From the NCBI RefSeq assembly GCF_000146505.1, contig NC_017448.1:3450001-3482000 (forward strand): a DNA stretch of 32,000 nucleotides, written 5' to 3'. The DNA is from Fibrobacter succinogenes subsp. succinogenes S85. GTDB taxonomy: Bacteria; Fibrobacterota; Fibrobacteria; Fibrobacterales; Fibrobacteraceae. This document shows positions 17,700 to 25,236 of this stretch, piece after piece; position 1 is the first letter of the stretch; every line of letters starts with the position of its first letter. The notes under the pieces are model-generated. The model did no database searches and was not told the origin of the DNA. It saw only the letters and a program-made list of their open reading frames with translations. The position numbers and the translations under genes were made by a program.

Positions 17700-18389
17700 T
17701 TATTCCTCCAGCAGATTTAATTGAACGAGTCTAATGCGGGCTGCACTCACGCTCACTTCATATATTTGACAAATTGTATTGATAAAAGCAATTGATATTT
17801 TGTCGTTTTTTGACAACTTAAAGACAGTTGCTGTTTGAAAGAATTTCTTGAAAAGCAAGAACAGAGTTATCCTTGGCATTAGTAGTGCTCCAGCACCATA
17901 GTTGGCTTGGCGTTCCAACCACCAAATTGGTTTATGCAAATAAGAACTAATACTGACGATGTTGGAACTTGCGGCAATAGCGTTAGAATGATGCATAAAA
18001 TAATACGGATGCATTTTGATGTGGATGACTTCGTGTGCTGCCGTAAATCTGATTTCTACAGGAGACCGCGATTCGTCAACGACAATTGTTGAATTCTCGA
18101 TAGGAATGGGCTGCACTTTCTTTGTTTCACTATCAATAGACCAAATGACCATTTTTGAAAATGCGGTTATCCCTTTAGCTTGAGGATAGGCGATATCTCG
18201 CATTTCTAACTTGAAGCCGAATTCATTAGATTCAATCCATTCTTCAATAGGGACGCATTGTGGGTAAAGCAATATCTCTGGATGACACTCCCTCAAGTAG
18301 TTTTCCACAGCATCTTCAATTTGGGCGTAACTGACACGGTAAACGCCCCTTTCGTCCATGGAAATATGAGAGTAGTCAATAAAGTCCAT
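17700..18389 (-). CDS. ImmA/IrrE-family (M78, COG2856) zinc metallopeptidase
   Basis: HEVIH (18021-18035, minus strand) followed by ERQANYGAGALLMP, the family signature. The start overlaps the XRE stop by 1 nt. Confidence 0.85.
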   Translation of the reverse strand: MDFIDYSHISMDERGVYRVSYAQIEDAVENYLRECHPEILLYPQCVPIEEWIESNEFGFKLEMRDIAYPQAKGITAFSKMVIWSIDSETKKVQPIPIENSTIVVDESRSPVEIRFTAAHEVIHIKMHPYYFMHHSNAIAASSNIVSISSYLHKPIWWLERQANYGAGALLMPRITLFLLFKKFFQTATVFKLSKNDKISIAFINTICQIYEVSVSAARIRLVQLNLLEE

Positions 18390-18766
18390 TATTTGCCTTT
18401 TTGAATAATGTTAATGATATTTCGCCATTGATCGTCTGTAATCTTAGAATTTTTAGCAGAACGTAACGCGATGGCTGCAAGAGGGGTGGCCTTGATGTAT
18501 TCGGTCAGGTCTGTTGGGGCTACATCGCGCCTTGCTGTAGCGGACAAATCAAAAAGTTGATTCCTGTCATTTTCAGAAAGATTTAGAATGGATGCTATTT
18601 TTTCGAGAAATTCCTTTTCGATGGGATTTTTCTTTCCTTTTTCAATATCACAAACATAAGATGGAGCCTTTCCTAGCATATCTGCAAATTTTCGTAACGA
18701 GATGCCTAACTCTCGACGTTTTTCAGAAATAAAAAATCCAAATGAATCTAATGCTTTTGCAGTCAT
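18389..18766 (-). CDS. XRE-family helix-turn-helix transcriptional regulator
   Basis: RRELGISLRKFADMLGKAPSYVCDIEKGKKNP is a classic Cro/C1 HTH. ATG 18766 lies 5 nt after AGGAG; the track start is TTG 18781. Confidence 0.88.
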   Translation of the reverse strand: MTAKALDSFGFFISEKRRELGISLRKFADMLGKAPSYVCDIEKGKKNPIEKEFLEKIASILNLSENDRNQLFDLSATARRDVAPTDLTEYIKATPLAAIALRSAKNSKITDDQWRNIINIIQKGK

Positions 18767-18786
18767 GATTGCTCCTATCAAAAAAA

Positions 18787-18811
18787 AATGTTCTGCGTTC
18801 GGCGAACATTA
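18787..18811. promoter_or_regulatory. Inverted repeat AATGTTC-N10-GAACATT with nested GTTCG-G-CGAAC; candidate XRE operator or leader hairpin
   Basis: Lies between the predicted -10 and the XRE start. On the minus strand the hairpin is followed by T8 (A8 at 18781-18788). Contains the 11-mer GGCGAACATTA (18801-18811). Confidence 0.5.
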
Positions 18812-18814
18812 AAC

Positions 18815-18843
18815 AATATATCTTATTTGGATGGCTACGTCAA
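18815..18843 (-). promoter_or_regulatory. Candidate promoter of the XRE-ImmA operon
   Basis: The minus strand reads TTGACG (18843-18838), 17-nt spacer, TATATT (18820-18815). Confidence 0.5.
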
Positions 18844-18973
18844 TAGGATAAACGCATTTTTTTTGAAAAAAATCGATTTTTTGCCAAAATAGTCATTTTT
18901 CACCCTGGACTCAGTTTCGAGGTGCCGAAATCGTAACTTTCCTTTTAATATCGGGTACTTTGGTTTTTCCTCA

Positions 18974-18986
18974 TTTTTTTTTTTTT
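18974..18986. repeat. Homopolymeric T13 tract flanked by CCTCA / TGAGG
   Basis: Counted directly: 13 consecutive T in the divergent intergenic region. Confidence 0.9.
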
Positions 18987-19038
18987 GAGGCTCGGTTTTG
19001 TGTTTTTCCTGAACTAAAATGCCGATTTTATATTATTT

Positions 19039-19066
19039 TTGCCAATGACATAGAAAAGAGTAATTT
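19039..19066 (+). promoter_or_regulatory. Candidate promoter for the leader and methyltransferase operon
   Basis: TTGCCA (19039-19044), 16-nt spacer, TAATTT (19061-19066). The predicted start falls at the first leader hairpin. Confidence 0.3.
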
Positions 19067-19070
19067 GTCT

Positions 19071-19300
19071 CTTGTTCTCAACCTGAAATCGCCAAATTTC
19101 AACAACCCGAGAACAAGGCGAACGCTCACGCATGGATAGTCCGTATAGGGCTATTCATCGCATTGCTGTATCCGAGGCATAAGTCCCGGTTATTTGGCTA
19201 TGTGCCCATTTCGGGGCGTGGGTCGTGCGTTTATCGGGTTTAGGCTTTGGCGAGCCTCAGGTTGGTAAGCGTTACGACTCACGCCTTTCTTGTTGCTTGC
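19071..19300 (+). promoter_or_regulatory. GC-rich structured 5' leader / candidate cis-regulatory or small RNA upstream of the methyltransferase operon
   Basis: Hand-folded stems: 19071-19079/19109-19117; 19134-19142/19148-19156; and an 18-bp stem 19215-19232/19267-19285 with three G-U pairs, capped by AGGCT/AGCCT (19242-19257) and followed by TTTCTTGTT. No ORF of 60 aa or more in this stretch. Confidence 0.4.
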
Positions 19301-19381
19301 GATTGATTTTTTCGGCAACATTTTTAAGGTTTGAAATTTCGCTGACTTGCGAGGGCTAGAGGCATAAACAAGGAGTTGCTT

Positions 19382-22030
19382 ATGCCAAGCATTGCTGAAA
19401 TCGAAAATAAGATTGAAGATATTGTAGCCAAGTATCGTGAAACTGGAGCTACAGGTGATTTTATTTATGACTTTATCTTGGCTTATGACTTACCTAAGGC
19501 TTCGGTTAAACGTTTGCAAAACGGCTCGCTGAATTTATCTAAAAATCAAGGCGAAATCTGCTGGAAGGGCAAACTCCTTTACAAGGAATTGTTCAAAGAC
19601 GAATTAAATGTAAGCTTGGCTTTAGAAACTGCAAAATCTATTAAACATAATGAACGATTTGTAGTTCTTTCTGATGGTAAAAAACTGCTTTGTGTTGATA
19701 CAAAGACCAAAGACACCTTAGAGACTGAATTTAAGGATTTGCCGAAACATTCGTCATTCTTTTTGCCGTGGGCGGGGATTGAAAAAACGGAGTTTATCGA
19801 TGAAAATCCGGCTGATGTTCGTGCAGCTCGCAAAATGGCGAAGCTTTTTGACGAAATCAAAAAAGACAATGCTAAAAAACTGATTTCGCAACATGATTTT
19901 AATGTGTTCCTTTCTCGGCTTCTTTTTTGCTTTTTTGCTGAAGATACGGGAATTTTTACAGACAACTTATTTACAAATACTATTGCAGCGACAACAAAAG
20001 CCGATGGAAGTGACTTGAATGAATTTTTAGAACGGTTGTTTACCGTTCTTGATACAGCCCCCAAAGAACGTAAAAAGTTACCTGATTATCTTGAAAAATT
20101 TCCGTATGTAAACGGAGGACTTTTCCGTAATAAAATCGAGATTCCTCGTTTTTCAGCTCATAGTCGTAATAAGATAATTGAATGTGGTGAATTGAATTGG
20201 AAGGATATCAATCCCGATATTTTTGGTTCCATGTTCCAAACGGTTATTGACGAGGAACAACGCGGTGATTTAGGGCAACATTACACTAGCGTTCCAAATA
20301 TTATGAAGGTAATAGAACCTCTTTTCTTGAATGACCTTCGCAAAGAATTTGACGCTGCTGGAAAGAGTGTAACCAAATTAAAAAATCTGCTGTTGCGTAT
20401 TCGCAATATTCAAATTTTTGACCCCGCTTGCGGTTCTGGCAATTTCTTGATTATTGCCTATAAGGAACTCCGTAAATTGGAAATGGATATTTTGCTCAAA
20501 ATGCAGGAATTTGGGCTTACGGGGATTCATTTGAATCATTTTTACGGAATTGAAATTGATGACTTTGCGTGCGAAACAGCGAAGCTTTCACTGTGGCTTG
20601 CCGAGCATCAAATGAATGTAGAGTTTTTTAGCAAAACAGGAACAATATGCCCAACGCTTCCGTTGAAAGAGGCAGGCCACATAGTTTGCGATAACGCCTG
20701 CAATATTGATTGGAACAATGTTTGCCCAAATAATGGAAACGATGAAATTTATGTACTTGGAAATCCTCCATATTTAGGGGCACGATTGCAAAAAGAAAAC
20801 CATAAAAAAGATGTTGAGGCGGTTTTTGAAAATGTTAAAGGAGCAAAGAATTTAGACTACATTGCCTGTTGGTTCTATAAAGGTTCTGATTATATAGCAA
20901 ACTCCAATGCTACCTTAGCGTTTGTAAGTACCAATTCTATTTGCCAAGGCGAACAAGTCGCAATACTTTGGCCGCAGATATTCAACAAAGGAATTGAAAT
21001 TCAATTTGGTTATTCGTCTTTCAAATGGACTAACAATGCTCAATATAATGCTGGTGTAATTGTTACAATAATAGGGCTTAGTGACGAAAAATTAAGAAAA
21101 GAACATTTTTTATTTAATGGATTAAGAAAAAATAAGGCCTCTAAAATTAATGCATATTTGTCTTCGGGATCAGATGTAATTGTTGAAGAAAAGAAAGACT
21201 CTTTAAGTGATTTCCCTCCTATGAATTTTGGGAGTATGCCCAATGATGGTCAATATCTTCTTTTTGAAAAAAAAGAGCACGATGATGCAGTAAAGAAATG
21301 TCCAGAAATAAAAAAGTTTATGAAGCTTTTTCTTGGGGCTGATGAATTTATAAATGGAGAGAAAAGATATTGTTTGTGGATTACAGATAATAGCAAAAAA
21401 GAAGCTATGTCTATTCCAATTATTGCTGAACGAGTAAAAAAATGTAAGGAGCTACGTGTGAAAAGTAAAAGAGCAGCAACAAATAAATTAGCACTTGTTC
21501 CTTATAAATTTGGAGAAATTCGATATAAGGAAACCTCTTCAATCATTGTTCCGGGAGCTTCTTCAGAACGTCGTACTTATATCCCCATGGATTTTCTTTC
21601 TAAGGATACTGTTGTTTCGAATGCAGCGTTTGCAGTATATGATGCAGAACCTTGGCTTTTCAGCATCCTGAATTCAAAAATGCATATGGCGTGGGTGCGA
21701 ACCGTTGGCGGAAAACTCAAAAATGATTATCGCTATTCAGCCAAGCTTGTTTACAACACCTTCCCGTTCCCGCATATCAATGATGAACAAAAGAACATGC
21801 TTAAGGACTACGCTTTTGGCATCATTGCTGCAAGAGAAAATCATCCGGGAAAAACGTTGGCTGAGCTCTACAATCCAGAATCCATGCCCAATGACCTCAA
21901 AAAAGCACACGAAGAAAACGACTTTGCAATTGAAAAAATTTACAGAGCAAGGCCATTTGCTAACGATGAAGAACGCCTTGAGTTTCTCTTTAGGCTTTAT
22001 GAACAGATGATTCGCGAAGAACAGGAGTAA
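19382..22030 (+). CDS. MmeI-family N6-adenine DNA methyltransferase / target-recognition fusion; N-terminal nuclease motif apparently degenerate
   Basis: ATG 19382 lies 6 nt after AAGGAG; the track start is TTG 19376. Family-wide blocks are LLFCFFAEDTGIF, FPYVNGGLF, FDPACGSGNFL (SAM), GNPPYLG (NPPY at 20762-20773), STNSICQGEQV, YRYSAKLVYNTFPFP and ERLEFLFRLYEQM. Confidence 0.88.
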   Translation: MPSIAEIENKIEDIVAKYRETGATGDFIYDFILAYDLPKASVKRLQNGSLNLSKNQGEICWKGKLLYKELFKDELNVSLALETAKSIKHNERFVVLSDGKKLLCVDTKTKDTLETEFKDLPKHSSFFLPWAGIEKTEFIDENPADVRAARKMAKLFDEIKKDNAKKLISQHDFNVFLSRLLFCFFAEDTGIFTDNLFTNTIAATTKADGSDLNEFLERLFTVLDTAPKERKKLPDYLEKFPYVNGGLFRNKIEIPRFSAHSRNKIIECGELNWKDINPDIFGSMFQTVIDEEQRGDLGQHYTSVPNIMKVIEPLFLNDLRKEFDAAGKSVTKLKNLLLRIRNIQIFDPACGSGNFLIIAYKELRKLEMDILLKMQEFGLTGIHLNHFYGIEIDDFACETAKLSLWLAEHQMNVEFFSKTGTICPTLPLKEAGHIVCDNACNIDWNNVCPNNGNDEIYVLGNPPYLGARLQKENHKKDVEAVFENVKGAKNLDYIACWFYKGSDYIANSNATLAFVSTNSICQGEQVAILWPQIFNKGIEIQFGYSSFKWTNNAQYNAGVIVTIIGLSDEKLRKEHFLFNGLRKNKASKINAYLSSGSDVIVEEKKDSLSDFPPMNFGSMPNDGQYLLFEKKEHDDAVKKCPEIKKFMKLFLGADEFINGEKRYCLWITDNSKKEAMSIPIIAERVKKCKELRVKSKRAATNKLALVPYKFGEIRYKETSSIIVPGASSERRTYIPMDFLSKDTVVSNAAFAVYDAEPWLFSILNSKMHMAWVRTVGGKLKNDYRYSAKLVYNTFPFPHINDEQKNMLKDYAFGIIAARENHPGKTLAELYNPESMPNDLKKAHEENDFAIEKIYRARPFANDEERLEFLFRLYEQMIREEQE

Positions 22031-22035
22031 TCAAC

Positions 22036-23973
22036 ATGCCTGATATTGTTCATTTCGAATACGCCCAAACGGGTAATTCTTCCAAAACGGATTCTCTTGG
22101 AATGCGAGAAATGCAGGCTCGTGCCTATGCAGCCCGTGCATCTCAATATTTGTTGATTAAGTCACCTCCGGCATCTGGCAAATCCCGAGCACTTATGTTT
22201 ATCGCTCTTGATAAACTTTATCATCAGGGGCTAAAAAAAGTAATTGTCGCCGTTCCTGAACGATCTATTGGAGCATCCTTTGCAAAAACTCAACTGCGCA
22301 AATATGGATTCTTTGCTGATTGGAATCCTGTGGATGAGTATAACTTGTGCTTTGCGGGGAGTGATTCCAGCAAAGGCAAGGTAAAAAAATTCCATGAATT
22401 TATGGAAAGCAAAAATGACAACATCTTAATATGTACTCACGCTACCTTACGTTTTGCAGCCGAAGGATTGGACGAAAAAGCTTTTGATGATTGTCTCGTC
22501 GCTATAGATGAATTTCATCATGTTTCCGCAGATGATTCGAGTTGTTTGGGTGAAATGTTGCGTGGACTGATTTCAAAGTCTTCGGCACACATAGTCGCTA
22601 TGACCGGTTCATATTTCCGTGGAGATTCTGTCCCAGTGCTCTCGCCAGAAGACGAAGCGTTATTTACCAAGATTACTTACAATTATTACGAACAGCTTAA
22701 TGGTTACAAGTATTTAAAATCGCTTGGAATCGGCTATCATTTTTATCAAGGGAAATACACATCGGCAATCGGAGAAATTCTTGATACCGACAAAAAGACG
22801 ATTCTTCATATTCCAAATGTGAATTCCGGGGAATCCACAAAAGATAAACATTCTGAAGTCGACTTTATTTTAGATTCAATTGGTGAAGTTGAAAAGCAAG
22901 ATTTGGAAACAGGCGTGATAACGGTTCGTCGTAAAGACGGAAAATTGTTGAAAGTCGCAGACCTTGTAGATGATGAACCGGCAAACCGTACAAGAATTGT
23001 CGAATATCTTCGTAAAATTGCAAAACCCGAAGACATGGATTTAATTATCGCATTGGGAATGGCAAAAGAAGGTTTCGACTGGCCGTTCTGTGAACACGCT
23101 CTTACGGTCGGATATCGTGGCTCGTTAACTGAAATCATCCAAATTATTGGGCGATGCACACGAGATAGTAAAAATAAGACTCATGCACAGTTTACAAATT
23201 TGATTGCTCAGCCCGAAGCTAAGGATGATGATGTTGTTGTCGCCGTAAACAATATGCTTAAAGCAATTACCGCATCACTCCTCATGGAACAAGTGCTTGC
23301 TCCTGAATGGAATTTCAAAACTCGCGAAGATGGAGATGATTCTGAAGAACCGGGAACAATCAAAATCCGTGGATTTAAAACACCGTCGTCTAAACGAGTT
23401 AAGGATATTATTGAAACTGATATAAACGATTTGAAGGCTTCCATTTTGCAAGATAAAACCATGCAAAGTGCAATGCCGGGCGGTGTAGAACCCGAAGTTA
23501 TCAACAAGGTGTTGATTCCAAAAATTATCCGCACGAAATATCCAGATTTAACCGATGAAGAGGTTGAAGAAATTCGTGAACATGTTGTTGCTGATACCGC
23601 TATTCGAACTGCAAAAATTGAAAAGCATGGTGACAAACGATTTATTCGTATGGCAAATAAGTTTGTCAATATTGACGATTTGCATATTGACCTGATTGAT
23701 TCCATCAATCCGTTCCAAGCGGCTTTTGAAGTACTTTCAAAATCTGTTACTCCGAGCGTTTTGAAGATGATTCACAATGTCATCGAAGAAACCCGTATCG
23801 AGATGACCGATGAAGAAGCCATGCTTCTTTGGCCTAAAATTAAAGCTTTCAGAGAAACAAATGGACGTGAGCCAAATATATCTTCTGTCAATCCACAAGA
23901 AAAGCGATTTGCAGAATGTATTGTATATCTGAGAAAACGTAAGAGGGAACGCGATGCCCAAAACGCTAGATGA
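22036..23973 (+). CDS. SF2 DEAD/DEAH-box helicase/translocase (type III Res-like core, no recognisable nuclease domain)
   Basis: Motif I SPPASGKSR, motif II AIDEFHH, motif III MTGS, motif VI QIIGRCTRD. Starts 5 nt after the methyltransferase stop, with AGGAG in the upstream gene end. Confidence 0.88.
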   Translation: MPDIVHFEYAQTGNSSKTDSLGMREMQARAYAARASQYLLIKSPPASGKSRALMFIALDKLYHQGLKKVIVAVPERSIGASFAKTQLRKYGFFADWNPVDEYNLCFAGSDSSKGKVKKFHEFMESKNDNILICTHATLRFAAEGLDEKAFDDCLVAIDEFHHVSADDSSCLGEMLRGLISKSSAHIVAMTGSYFRGDSVPVLSPEDEALFTKITYNYYEQLNGYKYLKSLGIGYHFYQGKYTSAIGEILDTDKKTILHIPNVNSGESTKDKHSEVDFILDSIGEVEKQDLETGVITVRRKDGKLLKVADLVDDEPANRTRIVEYLRKIAKPEDMDLIIALGMAKEGFDWPFCEHALTVGYRGSLTEIIQIIGRCTRDSKNKTHAQFTNLIAQPEAKDDDVVVAVNNMLKAITASLLMEQVLAPEWNFKTREDGDDSEEPGTIKIRGFKTPSSKRVKDIIETDINDLKASILQDKTMQSAMPGGVEPEVINKVLIPKIIRTKYPDLTDEEVEEIREHVVADTAIRTAKIEKHGDKRFIRMANKFVNIDDLHIDLIDSINPFQAAFEVLSKSVTPSVLKMIHNVIEETRIEMTDEEAMLLWPKIKAFRETNGREPNISSVNPQEKRFAECIVYLRKRKRERDAQNAR

Positions 23974-25150
23974 TATTTTCGCTGATGATTCCTATGGCTT
24001 GCTAAATGAAAAGTCCAAGGCGAATCCAATTACAGACCAAGATCGCATGGTTCAAGAATTTGAGGAACTTTCACGTTTCGTAAGCGAAAATGGCAGGGAA
24101 CCTTCTGAAAATAGCAATGATCCATCTGAATATCGCTTAGCCAAAAGGCTCGCGAAATATCGTAGTGATAGCAAGTTGATTGAAAATCAAGCGATATACA
24201 ACGCCGATGTTCACGGATTACTTCATTCTACAGGAAAAAGCAATCAAAGCAAGGAAATGAGTTTTGATGAAATCCTTGATTCTTTTAATTTGAACGAAGA
24301 AGAAAAATCCATATTCGATTTACATCCGTCGGTAAAAAAAGCTATCGATCGCGATGAAGCAGATTTTATTGCAAAACGCAAACCATGCAAAGATTTCTCC
24401 AAATACGAATCAAAGTTTAAAAAAGTTCAAAACGATATCCGTAGTGGCAAGCGAAAACTCCTCGATGCAAAAATATCTCACCTTAAAGAGGGTGGATTCT
24501 ATTTTTACAATGGAGTGCTTTTCTTTGTAGAATCAATTGAGATTTCTCAAAAAAATGCAGTTACCCCCGAAGGCAAGCATATTTATGAAAACGGTCGAAC
24601 TCGCTGCATTTTTGAAAACGGAACAGAAGCAGCTTTACTTAAACGTTCTGTAGAAAAGTTATTGTATCTGAATGGAAAAACTGTTACTGAAAATAGCGAA
24701 GAAACAGCCGCGAAAGCAGAAAAGGAATTGGGCATCAACGAAAAAGATAAGGCTTGTGGCTTTATTTATGTTTGCTCTTCGTTAAGCAAAGAACCGTCCA
24801 TTGCAGAAATTAAAAACCTGTATAAAATAGGCTTTTGCACTACATCAGTTGAAGAACGTTTAAAAAATGCTGAAAAAGAACCTACATATTTGATGGCTCC
24901 AGTTCGCCATATTGCAAGCTGGCAATGTTTCAATATGAATCCGCAAAAATTTGAACAGTTGATTCATAATTTCTTTGGTCGTGTATGTCTAAATGTGGAT
25001 GTCTTTGATGAAAAGGGTGAGAGACATATTCCAAAAGAATGGTTTGTAGTTCCGTTACCTGTAATAAAACAAGTAATTGAAATGATAATCACTGGTGAAA
25101 TTATCAAATATCGCTACGATGAAAAAAAACAGGTTCTAGTGAAACGATAG
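23954..25150 (+). CDS. T5orf172 / GIY-YIG-superfamily domain protein (putative nuclease)
   Basis: The C-terminal domain reads GFIYVCSS...LYKIGFCTTSVEERLKN...PKEWFVVP (GIY / YIG / Arg / Glu layout of T5orf172-MUG113 domains). It overlaps the helicase gene by 20 nt. Confidence 0.8.
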   Translation: MPKTLDDIFADDSYGLLNEKSKANPITDQDRMVQEFEELSRFVSENGREPSENSNDPSEYRLAKRLAKYRSDSKLIENQAIYNADVHGLLHSTGKSNQSKEMSFDEILDSFNLNEEEKSIFDLHPSVKKAIDRDEADFIAKRKPCKDFSKYESKFKKVQNDIRSGKRKLLDAKISHLKEGGFYFYNGVLFFVESIEISQKNAVTPEGKHIYENGRTRCIFENGTEAALLKRSVEKLLYLNGKTVTENSEETAAKAEKELGINEKDKACGFIYVCSSLSKEPSIAEIKNLYKIGFCTTSVEERLKNAEKEPTYLMAPVRHIASWQCFNMNPQKFEQLIHNFFGRVCLNVDVFDEKGERHIPKEWFVVPLPVIKQVIEMIITGEIIKYRYDEKKQVLVKR

Positions 25151-25236
25151 ATTTTGTTTCAATAGCGGCTTTAGATGAAGCAATTCGAAAGAATGTCAGC
25201 CCGGCTGACGATATGAAATGAAAAATCAAACTATAG

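Noticed and set aside
19382-25150. Assignment of the methyltransferase operon to BREX, DISARM, type ISP, type III or a plain MmeI type IIL system
   Set aside because: BREX needs PglZ, BrxC and BrxL. DISARM needs DrmB(DUF1998) and DrmC. Type ISP is a single polypeptide with an Mrr/PD-(D/E)xK nuclease. Type III Mod is not MmeI-like, and Res carries its own nuclease. MmeI enzymes are stand-alone. None of these compositions is met in the window.
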